Assembly (NCBI GenBank): GCA_029259175.1
Contig: JAPDJH010000002.1
Location: 18,733-82,732 of the forward strand
DNA length: 64,000 nucleotides
Origin: Hadesarchaea archaeon
Lineage (GTDB): Archaea; Hadarchaeota; Hadarchaeia; Hadarchaeales; Hadarchaeaceae
Reading direction: 5' to 3'
Shown here: one piece after another, positions 35,362-43,338 of the stretch
Layout: the number at the start of each line of letters is the position of its first letter
Numbering within the stretch: position 1 is the stretch's first letter
Program-made: the position numbers and the translations under genes
Notes under the pieces: generated by a model
Databases searched by the model: none
What the model was told of the DNA's origin: nothing
The model's input: the letters and a program-made list of their open reading frames with translations, nothing else

Positions 35362-37334
35362 TCCTTCACCTCCTCGATCGCCCCGAACGGGCACACCTGT
35401 TTGCACATCCCGCAGTTCACGCACAGAATCGGATCGATCCCCGCCTTCTTCCGCTCAGTGTCGAAGGTCGTAGCGGGACATCCAAAGCTCACACACAGCA
35501 TACAGCCCGTGCACTTTTCCTCGTTGACCCGGGTCTGCTTAGCCCTCGGCTTGTACTGTTTCAGTCTCAGTGCCTGCAGAGTGCACACGCGCCTGCTCAC
35601 CACTATCGCGAACTTGCCGCTTTGGATCGCCCGCTCAATGGTTTGCTGCGTGGCTTTCAGATCGTATGGATCCGTCACCTCCACGAACTCCACTCCGATG
35701 GCTTGCGCTATCCCCTCGATGCTCAGCTTCGCAGCCTCCTCCCCTGTGGCGGTGACCCCCGTGCACGGATCCGGCTGGTGACCCGTCATCGCAGTCCAGT
35801 GGTTGTCCATCACCACGAACACGCCCTTCGCCTTATTGTACACCGCATTCACGATGGCTGGCAAGCACGCATGGAAGTACGTGGAGTCTCCAGCTACAGC
35901 CACGAGCGCACCGTCTTTGTATCCCGCGTGGTGTTGCCCCTGCATGAGCCCGATACCTCCCCCCATGATGTAGTTGGTGTCCAGCGTCTCATACGGCGCT
36001 TGGATGGGATAGGCCTTCGACTCGCTGGAATCGCTCGGCTCGTAGCGTTTTCCCGCAATGCCGTACCCTCCCTGTTCGTAACACCCGATATCCCCGTTTA
36101 CTATGGGAACTTTTCCGCCAACCCGCTTCAGCGCCTGTTTCAGCGCCCAGTAGGTGCCCAGGTGCGGACAACCGGCGCATAGTGTTGAGGACCGGGGCGC
36201 CACGAGCTTCTGGATCTCCTCCTTGATTTTTTCCCGTTCTTCGTCCTTCTCGAGTTCCATCCCGAGAGCCTTCGCTATGGATTGCTTGGCTATATCCGGG
36301 TTGAGCTCCCCCACCCGCGGGACGTGCCCGGTAAACCTCCCGAGCAACTCCACCCCCGGTGCCACATCTTTTGCCAGCGCCTTGACCTGCAGCTCGATCA
36401 CGGGCTCGCCTTCTTCCACGACCAGCACGCGCTTCACCGATTTCAGGAGCTTGGACGTGAGCTGCTTGGCGACGGGCACCGGAGCCGCCAGTTTGAGAAA
36501 AGCAACTTTGTCTTCCACCCCCAGCAGCCGGAGAGCGTCTTTCGCAAAACTGGCAGCAATCCCGCTGGCGATTATCCCGAGCTCAGCCCCCTCGACCAGC
36601 TTGAGCTCGTTCCAGGGGAGTTTCTCGACGGCCTGCTCGATCTCAGCTTGTTTGGAGTGCAACCACCGGTGCTTCTCCACTGGGCCCGGCGGACCGTAGA
36701 CGTTCCATCGCCACGCCATCCGCCAGTGCTTGTCAAAGACCGGTCGCCGCTCCGGGGCCTTGATGGGCCCAAGCTCGACATCACCGGATGCGTGCGATAT
36801 CCGTGTGACCGACCTCAGAAAGACCGGAAGCTCCAGCTGCTCCGAGAGTTCGAACGCATACTTGCACATGTCTTTCGCTTCCTGAGCATTGGAAGGCTCC
36901 AAACACGGGATCTCTCCATAGAACGCGGCGAAGCGGGTGTCCTGCTCGTTGGACGAGTAGTGCGCATCGGGATCATCAGCCACCGCTATTACAAACCCTC
37001 CCCGCACCCCTCCGTACACGAGCGTCATAAACATGTCCATCACCCAGTTGAGCCCAGCGTTCTTCATCGAGGTTATCGCCCGCACTCCCGTTATGGCGGC
37101 CCCAGCAGCGACCTCGAATGCAACTTTTTCATTGGTCGACCATTCCGCGTGAAAGCCCAGCTTCTGTGCCGCATCTGCGAGGGTTTCGAGAATCTCAGAT
37201 GCTGGAGTCCCGGGATAGGAGGCGGCAACTTGGACTCCAGCCTCGATCGCGCCCCTCGCGATCGCTTGATTACCCATCAGCAAAACGCGTTTTCCCGGAG
37301 CATCTTGCGTTATGAAGTCCGTGAGTTTGCCCAT
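35358..37334 (-). CDS. iorA: Indolepyruvate:ferredoxin oxidoreductase subunit alpha
   Basis: Has TPP-domain motifs (GDIGCY, AGDSTYFH) and C-terminal 2x[4Fe-4S] motifs CTGCMLCV...CP and CVNCGMCKQVCP. Confidence 0.95.
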   Translation of the reverse strand: MGKLTDFITQDAPGKRVLLMGNQAIARGAIEAGVQVAASYPGTPASEILETLADAAQKLGFHAEWSTNEKVAFEVAAGAAITGVRAITSMKNAGLNWVMDMFMTLVYGGVRGGFVIAVADDPDAHYSSNEQDTRFAAFYGEIPCLEPSNAQEAKDMCKYAFELSEQLELPVFLRSVTRISHASGDVELGPIKAPERRPVFDKHWRMAWRWNVYGPPGPVEKHRWLHSKQAEIEQAVEKLPWNELKLVEGAELGIIASGIAASFAKDALRLLGVEDKVAFLKLAAPVPVAKQLTSKLLKSVKRVLVVEEGEPVIELQVKALAKDVAPGVELLGRFTGHVPRVGELNPDIAKQSIAKALGMELEKDEEREKIKEEIQKLVAPRSSTLCAGCPHLGTYWALKQALKRVGGKVPIVNGDIGCYEQGGYGIAGKRYEPSDSSESKAYPIQAPYETLDTNYIMGGGIGLMQGQHHAGYKDGALVAVAGDSTYFHACLPAIVNAVYNKAKGVFVVMDNHWTAMTGHQPDPCTGVTATGEEAAKLSIEGIAQAIGVEFVEVTDPYDLKATQQTIERAIQSGKFAIVVSRRVCTLQALRLKQYKPRAKQTRVNEEKCTGCMLCVSFGCPATTFDTERKKAGIDPILCVNCGMCKQVCPFGAIEEVKE

Positions 37335-37354
37335 CGGCTCACCTTTTCATCATT

Positions 37355-38704
37355 TCATTGCTGGTTTAAATTTTTGCGTTTTGCGTACCGGTACATGGCG
37401 GCCAGAGCCTTTGCCCCGCGCACCGGATCGGAAAACACTGGTATGCGCTTTTCCGCGAGCTTTCTTTTTTCCTCCTCTTCTGCTCTGCCACCGCCCAGCA
37501 TTACCGCGATCACCGGCTTTCCCTTCTTCAAGTGTTTTTCCACCACCTCTGCGATCCCGGGCATCGGATCTCCCACAATCGCCAGAACCGAGTCGACCCC
37601 CTCCTCCCCCAGCAGGATTTCGAGAGCATCGTCGTACATCTGAGTCGTGGCGCTCCCAGTGAGATCCAGCGGATTCTTGAAAATGCACTGCGGCGGCAGC
37701 TTCTCTTTGAGCCTGTCGACGGTGGCGGACGAGAGATCCACGACTTCGAGCCCGCTCTCCTCGCACGTGTCCGTTGCCAGGATTCCGCATCCGCCGGAGC
37801 TTGTTATGATCACCGTCCGCGGCCCTCGTGGCAGCGGCAACATGGCCAGTGCTTTGCAGTAATCGTAGAGTTCCTCCACCGAGTACGCCCTTATCAGACC
37901 CGCTTGCTTGAACGCGGTGTCGAACACCTGATCCAGCCCCGCCAGCGTGCGCGTGTGCGACTGGGCCGCTTCCGCCCCCTTCTCCGTCCGCCCGCCTTTC
38001 AGCACAACCACCGGCTTGTTTTGTGCAACCTTGCCTGCAGCTTCCAGAAATCTTCGGCCATCACGCACGCCCTCAATGTAGAGGGCGACAACCTTCGTTT
38101 GGTCGTCGTCCGCGAAGTACTCCAGCAGCTCCGTTTCGTCCACATCGCATTTGTTCCCGAGGGCCACTTGTTTCGACGTCCCTATTCCTTCGTCTTCAGC
38201 CCAACACCCGAGCGCAGCGAAGACAGTCCCGCTTTGAGAAACCACCGAGATCGGGCCGGAGAGCTTGACCAGAGGCCAGCTGGCGCACAGCCTGGCAGGC
38301 ATGCTGTTTATCCCCTGACAGTTGGGCCCAATCACTCTGACATTCGACTTTTTCGCCGTCTTCACGAGCTCCTGCTCCAGTTTTTCCCCATCCGGCCCGA
38401 CCTCTCTGAACCCGCCGGAAATAATCACAGCAGCTTTGATCCCCTTCTGCCCGCACTCTTCTATCACCCTGTTCACAAACTTGGCGGGGACGACGATGAT
38501 TGCCAGATCCACTTCCCCCGGGATCTGAGTAACCGAGGGATAGCATTTCAGCCCGAGGACTTCGTCGGCCTTTGGATTGATCGGATAGATCCCGCCCTCA
38601 AAACCCGCATCGATGATGTTGCGCAAAATCTCATGCCCCAGCTTGCCCGGCTCACGGGACGCGCCCACTACCGCAACTCCTCGTGGCTGGAAGAACTCCT
38701 TCAT
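37355..38704 (-). CDS. ADP-forming acetyl/acyl-CoA synthetase, alpha subunit
   Basis: Has PRGVAVVGAS, GPNCQGI, SQSGT and QSHTRTLAG (phosphohistidine loop). Confidence 0.9.
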   Translation of the reverse strand: MKEFFQPRGVAVVGASREPGKLGHEILRNIIDAGFEGGIYPINPKADEVLGLKCYPSVTQIPGEVDLAIIVVPAKFVNRVIEECGQKGIKAAVIISGGFREVGPDGEKLEQELVKTAKKSNVRVIGPNCQGINSMPARLCASWPLVKLSGPISVVSQSGTVFAALGCWAEDEGIGTSKQVALGNKCDVDETELLEYFADDDQTKVVALYIEGVRDGRRFLEAAGKVAQNKPVVVLKGGRTEKGAEAAQSHTRTLAGLDQVFDTAFKQAGLIRAYSVEELYDYCKALAMLPLPRGPRTVIITSSGGCGILATDTCEESGLEVVDLSSATVDRLKEKLPPQCIFKNPLDLTGSATTQMYDDALEILLGEEGVDSVLAIVGDPMPGIAEVVEKHLKKGKPVIAVMLGGGRAEEEEKRKLAEKRIPVFSDPVRGAKALAAMYRYAKRKNLNQQ

Positions 38705-40104
38705 TCGATCACCGGCCAGTTGGGCCCGATTCTCAGTCCGCGTCTCGCATCGACTTCCGGCCCTACTCTGGAGGCCTCCTCGATCACTTTTTCCTCGTCT
38801 ATGGTGAGTATTTTTCTTTTTTCCATCACGACTCGCCCGTCGATTATTACCGTTTCTACATCGCTCCCGTTTGCCGCGTATACCAGGGTGGACACCGGGT
38901 TGCGAACCGGCACGAGGTGCGATTTCCGCATGTTTACCACTATGACGTCGGCAAGCTTTCCGGGCTCGATCGATCCCAGCTCATCGCCCCAAAGCGTGGC
39001 TTTCGCCCCGTTGACGGTGGCCATCTCCAACACGCGCTCGGCGGGCATGACGATGGGGTTCAACAAGCGAGCTTTGTGAATTATGGCTGCCAGCTTCATC
39101 TCTCGGATCATGTCGTAGCAGTCGTTGCTCGGACCCCCGTCGCACCCAAGCGCAACATTCACTCCCGCGTCCAGCATCTCGGGAATCGGGGCGAAGCCGG
39201 ATGCCAGCTTCAAATTGGAGGCCGGACAGTGGCACACGGTGCCCCCCGTTTCACGCAAGATGGGGAAGTCTTCCGGTGGCATCCACACGCAGTGCACGTA
39301 GATCACCTTCACATCTGGACCCACCAAGTTGCAGTGTTTCATGAACTGCATGGGGGTCATACCAAACTCGTTGCGCATGTAGCGGATATCGTCCTGGACT
39401 TCTGCGAGGTGCAGCGTTATCCCCGTCTGGTACTTGCGGGCGTTTTCTCCGATCTCACGATAGTACTCCACCGTGGCTCCCCCCGGGGTGCGCGGCCCGA
39501 ACCAGATGTGAATGCGATTGTTGGCCTTCCCGTGCCACCGTTTGATCATCTGGATGCACTGACGCATCGCCGTCTCTCCGTCCTCCCGCATGTCCGGATG
39601 GATCGCCTCCGGGAAGTCCGCGTATCCAGGGAGGTTCATGAGCTTCTTGCTTATGGCCCCCCTCATTCCCACTTCCTCCACGGCTCGAGGTACCTCGTCC
39701 AGACCGTACTTCCAGTGAAGACTGCTCTCCACGAAGCAAGTGGTACCGGATTTGATCATCTCGATGCAGCACAGCTTGGCGCTCAGCTCGCCCTCGCGGG
39801 GGGTGTAGCTTCCCTGGAGCGGGTGCACCCGCTTGGTCAGCCAATCGACAAGCGAGAGATCGTCCGCACACCCCCGCAACAAAGCTTGGGCGAGGTGGAC
39901 GTGACAGTCCACGAAGCCCGGCAGGATCAAGCGATGGGTACAATTGTATTCACGATCCGCGCGCGGATACTCCTTCACGATGTCAGAGGTTTTTCCGACA
40001 GCGACTATGCGGTTTCCATCGATGGCGACTGCGCCGTCCTTGATGATTTCGCGCCGTTCGTTCATGGTGATTACGGTACCGTGCTTGAGCAAGATGGAAA
40101 CCAT
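38701..40104 (-). CDS. ATZ/TRZ-type amidohydrolase (MTA/SAH- or guanine-deaminase-like)
   Basis: Has PGFVDCHVHLAQ, HLAE, HCVW and GCDGG. It overlaps the ACS gene by 4 nt. Confidence 0.85.
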   Translation of the reverse strand: MVSILLKHGTVITMNERREIIKDGAVAIDGNRIVAVGKTSDIVKEYPRADREYNCTHRLILPGFVDCHVHLAQALLRGCADDLSLVDWLTKRVHPLQGSYTPREGELSAKLCCIEMIKSGTTCFVESSLHWKYGLDEVPRAVEEVGMRGAISKKLMNLPGYADFPEAIHPDMREDGETAMRQCIQMIKRWHGKANNRIHIWFGPRTPGGATVEYYREIGENARKYQTGITLHLAEVQDDIRYMRNEFGMTPMQFMKHCNLVGPDVKVIYVHCVWMPPEDFPILRETGGTVCHCPASNLKLASGFAPIPEMLDAGVNVALGCDGGPSNDCYDMIREMKLAAIIHKARLLNPIVMPAERVLEMATVNGAKATLWGDELGSIEPGKLADVIVVNMRKSHLVPVRNPVSTLVYAANGSDVETVIIDGRVVMEKRKILTIDEEKVIEEASRVGPEVDARRGLRIGPNWPVIE

Positions 40105-40190
40105 ATCAACCCCGTTAATAGACGAATCTCGCTTTAAAAAACTCTCGCCCCAAGTCCCGCGCGCTTCTGAAAATATTTCTAGATCTAGAG

Positions 40191-40478
40191 GGGTTCTCTT
40201 CGAAACTTTGACCCGCAGATACTTTCGCCTACCCCTCTCCCCGAAACGGGCTTAAAGAGAGAGGTGGAACCGCTTTACGGGATGCCCCGGGGCCAGTGAC
40301 TCCAGTGCGCGCTTCTCGCACCGTCCGTGGCGCTCTGCGGGAAGCGGGATTGCGCGGGTCGACAGGCCCGGGGAAGAGGTTCCCGGAGCAGCGCTCCGGG
40401 AACGGGGCCGTGCGGGTTCCGGCCCTGAAGGCGGCCTAGAGCCGCTAACTTCGGAGGTCAGGGCTTCCGAAGAGAACC
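40191..40478 (+). repeat. GC-rich ~288-bp repeat element, copy 2
   Basis: Termini GGGTTCTCTTCG / CGAAGAGAACC(C) are a perfect inverted pair. It is flanked by CTAGAG on both sides (40185-40190 and 40479-40484) and has the same orientation as copy 1. Confidence 0.75.
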
Positions 40479-40510
40479 CTAGAGAGAACACCGGAAATTG
40501 ATGGGGTCAA

Positions 40511-41119
40511 ATGGAGCTCGTGCTCGTGGGCCGTTCCAACGTGGGCAAGTCCAGCCTGATCAGACGATTAACCGGCCTGCGCGTCCGAGTGGGAAAACGT
40601 CCGGGCGTTACGCGCAGGACGAGACGATACCGATTGGATGGATTGGAAGTGGTGGACCTCCCCGGCTTTGGCTTCATGTCCGGCGTTCCAAGGGGGATCC
40701 AAGAAAGGATTAAAACTCAGCTTATCCGTTATCTCGAAAGTCACAGCAAGCGCATTGGAGTGGCAATAGAGGTCATCGACGCCCGCTCGTTCCCAGAGAT
40801 AGTCGAGCGCTGGGAGCGCCGGGCCCAGATCCCTGTCGATGTGGAGTTCTTCCATTTTTTGAAAGACCTGCGCCTGGATCCGATCATAGCCGTGAACAAA
40901 ATCGATTTGATATATCCGGACGAGCGCGACGATCTCTTGGACTTCATTTGTGAGCGAATGGACATGCTGCCTCCCTGGAGACAGTGGCTTGACGTGGTCG
41001 CGCCGGTGTCAGCGCGCACGGGTGAGGGGATTGCCCATCTCCGCCGGCTGATCGAAAAGAGGCTGCGAAAAAAGAAAATGGAGCACCTCATGAGGGTCTT
41101 CCGCAAGCGTAGCGGATAG
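40511..41119 (+). CDS. engB: GTP-binding protein EngB/YsxC-like
   Basis: Has GRSNVGKSSLI (G1), DLPGFG (G3) and NKID (G4). Confidence 0.85.
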   Translation: MELVLVGRSNVGKSSLIRRLTGLRVRVGKRPGVTRRTRRYRLDGLEVVDLPGFGFMSGVPRGIQERIKTQLIRYLESHSKRIGVAIEVIDARSFPEIVERWERRAQIPVDVEFFHFLKDLRLDPIIAVNKIDLIYPDERDDLLDFICERMDMLPPWRQWLDVVAPVSARTGEGIAHLRRLIEKRLRKKKMEHLMRVFRKRSG

Positions 41120-41123
41120 CGAA

Positions 41124-42014
41124 CTATTTCAGTTCAGAACGAGCGGGTGACGTGACGAGTTTTCTGATGACTTTCCAGAGATCGATGTCCGGGGTCTTCC
41201 CGCGCCGGAGGTCGTCAACGGCTACGAGCGTGTCGAGCCCGATTTTGATCATGTCCTCTTCCAGTTTTTTCTTGTCCACCTTGCTGACATCGATCTCTCC
41301 CTCCGCCGCTGGCGATGCCAGTATTGCGAGCAGTTCACACGTGAGGATTTTACCGGGGCGTTGGCCTTCATAGAAGTCCCGGATTATGCAGTACACGGAG
41401 AACTCCATCGAGCTGGCCATCACTCCCATTCGCTTGTATGATTCGAGCTTGGGCTCCATGAACTCGCGCAGCGGTGAAAAGTGTGGTGTTTCCACGAAGT
41501 AGAGATCGTCTTTGACGTGCGTGATCCCCACCCATAGATTCTCCAGCAGCTCGTACCCGTGTTTTTCTGCCACTCCCGCCACGATGGGGATCAGCTCCGG
41601 ATTCGCCATGGCTGGATACTCGGCTCCCACAACGGCTCTGGTCGTCCCCTCGTCTCGCACGCAGCCGGCGCTTATCACGAGGTCTCCAACGCGGATAAAC
41701 GTCTGGAGCGCCCCCGCGGTCCCGAGTCTGAGCAGCGTTACGGGGCCCTCGGTGGCTTCGATGGCCTCGGGAAGAACTATTGCGGTGCTAGCGGGCCCCA
41801 TGCCTGTGGGGAAGGCAGAGACTGGAATGCCTCGGTACTCGCCGCTGACAACCGTGTGCCCCCGATCCCCCTCCACCATCTCAACGTTTTTCAGGTATTT
41901 CGCAATTTTTTTCACCCGCCCGGGAGAACCTGCCGTGAGGATGTTGGGATGGAGTTTGTCGATCTCTAGGTGATAGGCTTTCCCCGTTGCGGTTTTGAAA
42001 GTTATGGACACCAT
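41124..42014 (-). CDS. Nucleoside phosphorylase (PNP/UDP family 1)
   Basis: Has GSPGRV, TGMGPAS, RLGTAGAL and SMEFS. The start is taken at MVSITFK. Confidence 0.8.
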   Translation of the reverse strand: MVSITFKTATGKAYHLEIDKLHPNILTAGSPGRVKKIAKYLKNVEMVEGDRGHTVVSGEYRGIPVSAFPTGMGPASTAIVLPEAIEATEGPVTLLRLGTAGALQTFIRVGDLVISAGCVRDEGTTRAVVGAEYPAMANPELIPIVAGVAEKHGYELLENLWVGITHVKDDLYFVETPHFSPLREFMEPKLESYKRMGVMASSMEFSVYCIIRDFYEGQRPGKILTCELLAILASPAAEGEIDVSKVDKKKLEEDMIKIGLDTLVAVDDLRRGKTPDIDLWKVIRKLVTSPARSELK

Positions 42015-42170
42015 GGGCACACCTTGTTTTAGTCGCAGCCCCGGATTAAAAACATAATGGGCTTTGGGAGTTTGTGTCTGTTTTGAGAAGTCTGTATGAG
42101 CCACTCGCTTGTCCGGCCTGGGCAAAGGTTTCTGAACCTTCTTTAGCACGTATGTCGCATCCTTATAACC

Positions 42171-42443
42171 TCAGGTGTGCACACGTGTGCAGTGCCAGCC
42201 CTCGATCCTAAACTTGAACCACTTGAGTTCGGGTCCCTCAAAAGACCTCAAGAACTCAGCGAACTCCACCGAGTGTTTTTCTTCAACAATGTAGACGGAA
42301 CCACCGATCTTCCTCCAGCTCCCGGCCGGAAGGTCGTTCAAGAGCCGCTGAAGCCTTGCGTAGAACCACCGCCTTTTCTTTGTCCCCCTCCTCAGATCCC
42401 AAGTGAAGAGGATCCAGCGCTCTGTGTGTGCACACGTGTGCAT
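42171..42443 (-). CDS. Small basic protein with predicted beta-alpha-beta-beta-alpha-beta (Cas2-like) pattern
   Basis: WILFTWDLRRGTKKRRWFYARLQRLL..W.KIGGSVYIVE..HSVEFAEFL....LKWFKFRIE resembles the Cas2 layout (..YDI..kRrrkv.k.L...G.r.Q.SVF). The assignment is from pattern memory only. ATG 42443 lies about 29 nt downstream of a TATA-like CTTTATAA. Confidence 0.4.
   Translation of the reverse strand: MHTCAHTERWILFTWDLRRGTKKRRWFYARLQRLLNDLPAGSWRKIGGSVYIVEEKHSVEFAEFLRSFEGPELKWFKFRIEGWHCTRVHT
42178..42191. promoter_or_regulatory. Perfect 14-bp palindrome TGCACACGTGTGCA overlapping the stop region of the small ORF
   Basis: Read directly. The 17-mer GTGTGCACACGTGTGCA (42175-42191) is identical to 42426-42442. 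Confidence 0.5.
42429..42442. promoter_or_regulatory. Second copy of palindrome TGCACACGTGTGCA, abutting the start codon / predicted TSS of the small ORF
   Basis: Read directly. It lies between the TATA-like box (42472-42479, minus strand) and the coding region. Confidence 0.5.
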
Positions 42444-42604
42444 TCCCGTTCCCCATTCACGTGGAGGCCGCTTATAAAGGGAAAAAAACCCCAATTGAGC
42501 ATGGTGGGATGCTTACGCTACGGAGTTTCTTCTAGATCCGCGTCCACCAATCGTTTTCCGCCGAGCATCCGCAAAGTTTGTATCAGCCGAGCCCCGACCG
42601 CAAT

Positions 42605-43291
42605 TCAGAACTGCCCGTGGTTCAAGCGGAGATGCAGCCGCAGGTGTTCTATGGCCAGCAGGCCGAAGTATAGGGGGAGGGTCCCCTCCGCCGCCGTCCG
42701 AGCGCCTCCCCACACAGGGCACAGAATCCAACTCCCGAGCGCGAACACGCCCGTTCCAGCACATGCTAGGCCTATTTTTCGCTCCAGCGGATCTGCCAGC
42801 TCCCACACAAAGAGCTGAGGCGCGAGAACCGCTACTGCCGCGAGGGGGGCCAAAACGAGGGTTATGAGCGCACCACCACCCACACCCAGTGCGGCGCCGA
42901 GCGCGAACACTATCCATGCGTAAGCTAGGCCTGCCGGAACGGACCAGCTGCCGATCCGGAGGAGCTTGCTTCGCTCCGAGTCCCTTTTCCCCCACAGCAG
43001 AGCCCATGCCGAGAGCCACAGAACCAACACCGCCAGCCCGAAGTGCAGGCTCAAGATGCGGGGAAATCTCCCGAAAACCGAGTAGAGATAGTAAAAGGGG
43101 GCGTCGGGCGATAGAGCAAGGGTTGGGAAGAAAAAGGTGGTGAACATGTAAAATCCGATATAGGAGGCGATGAAGAGCCGGAAGGCCCATCTCACTTGGT
43201 TCTTTGTCCGTCCGCGATAGAGCCAGCGGGTTCGCACACGCTCTATTTGGGCTCTCCGAGTTATAAATCTGAACTTTTTATCAATGTACAA
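42605..43291 (-). CDS. Hypothetical polytopic membrane protein
   Basis: Has several hydrophobic helices (FRLFIASYIGFYMFTTFFF, LAVLVLWLSAWALLW, ...). The start is uncertain because the first ATG sits in the trp promoter region. Confidence 0.5.
   Translation of the reverse strand: MYIDKKFRFITRRAQIERVRTRWLYRGRTKNQVRWAFRLFIASYIGFYMFTTFFFPTLALSPDAPFYYLYSVFGRFPRILSLHFGLAVLVLWLSAWALLWGKRDSERSKLLRIGSWSVPAGLAYAWIVFALGAALGVGGGALITLVLAPLAAVAVLAPQLFVWELADPLERKIGLACAGTGVFALGSWILCPVWGGARTAAEGTLPLYFGLLAIEHLRLHLRLNHGQF
43261..43268 (+). promoter_or_regulatory. TATA-box-like TTATAAAT upstream of trpE
   Basis: AT-rich octamer about 70 nt upstream of the trpE ATG. A GGGAGG SD lies just before the ATG at 43339. 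Confidence 0.4.
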
Positions 43292-43320
43292 AAGTGTACA
43301 CTAAAGTATTAAATAGTACA
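43285..43320. promoter_or_regulatory. Three phased TGTACA / GTACA boxes (TRP-box-like) between TATA box and trpE
   Basis: TGTACA at 43285-43290 and 43295-43300, aGTACA at 43315-43320. The spacings are 10 and 20 bp. Confidence 0.45.
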
Positions 43321-43338
43321 TTGGACAAAGATGGGAGG

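Noticed and set aside
36282-40137. Very long plus-strand ORFs (36282-37643 at 453 aa, 37532-39079 at 515 aa, 38683-40137 at 484 aa). Similar shadow ORFs occur elsewhere (7774-8562, 20012-20824, 29988-30701, 32834-33625, 49711-50475, 52364-53218).
   Set aside because: They are antisense to genes with unmistakable family motifs (IorA, ACS-alpha, amidohydrolase, NuoCD, TrpA/AMPpase, thermosome). Their products are R/P/S/H-rich and low-complexity. These are typical shadow ORFs of GC-rich coding DNA.
42493-42507. The 15-mer aattgagcatggtgg is shared between 42493-42507 and 30175-30189, both intergenic.
   Set aside because: The flanks are unrelated, and several chance 15-mer matches are expected in a 64-kb window compared with itself on both strands.
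42177-43190. Overlapping ORFs 42177-42818 (+, 213 aa) and 42513-43190 (-, 225 aa).
   Set aside because: Both are Arg/Pro/Ser-rich with no recognisable motifs and overlap better candidates: the small basic ORF with its promoter, and the hydrophobic multi-helix ORF 42605-43291.
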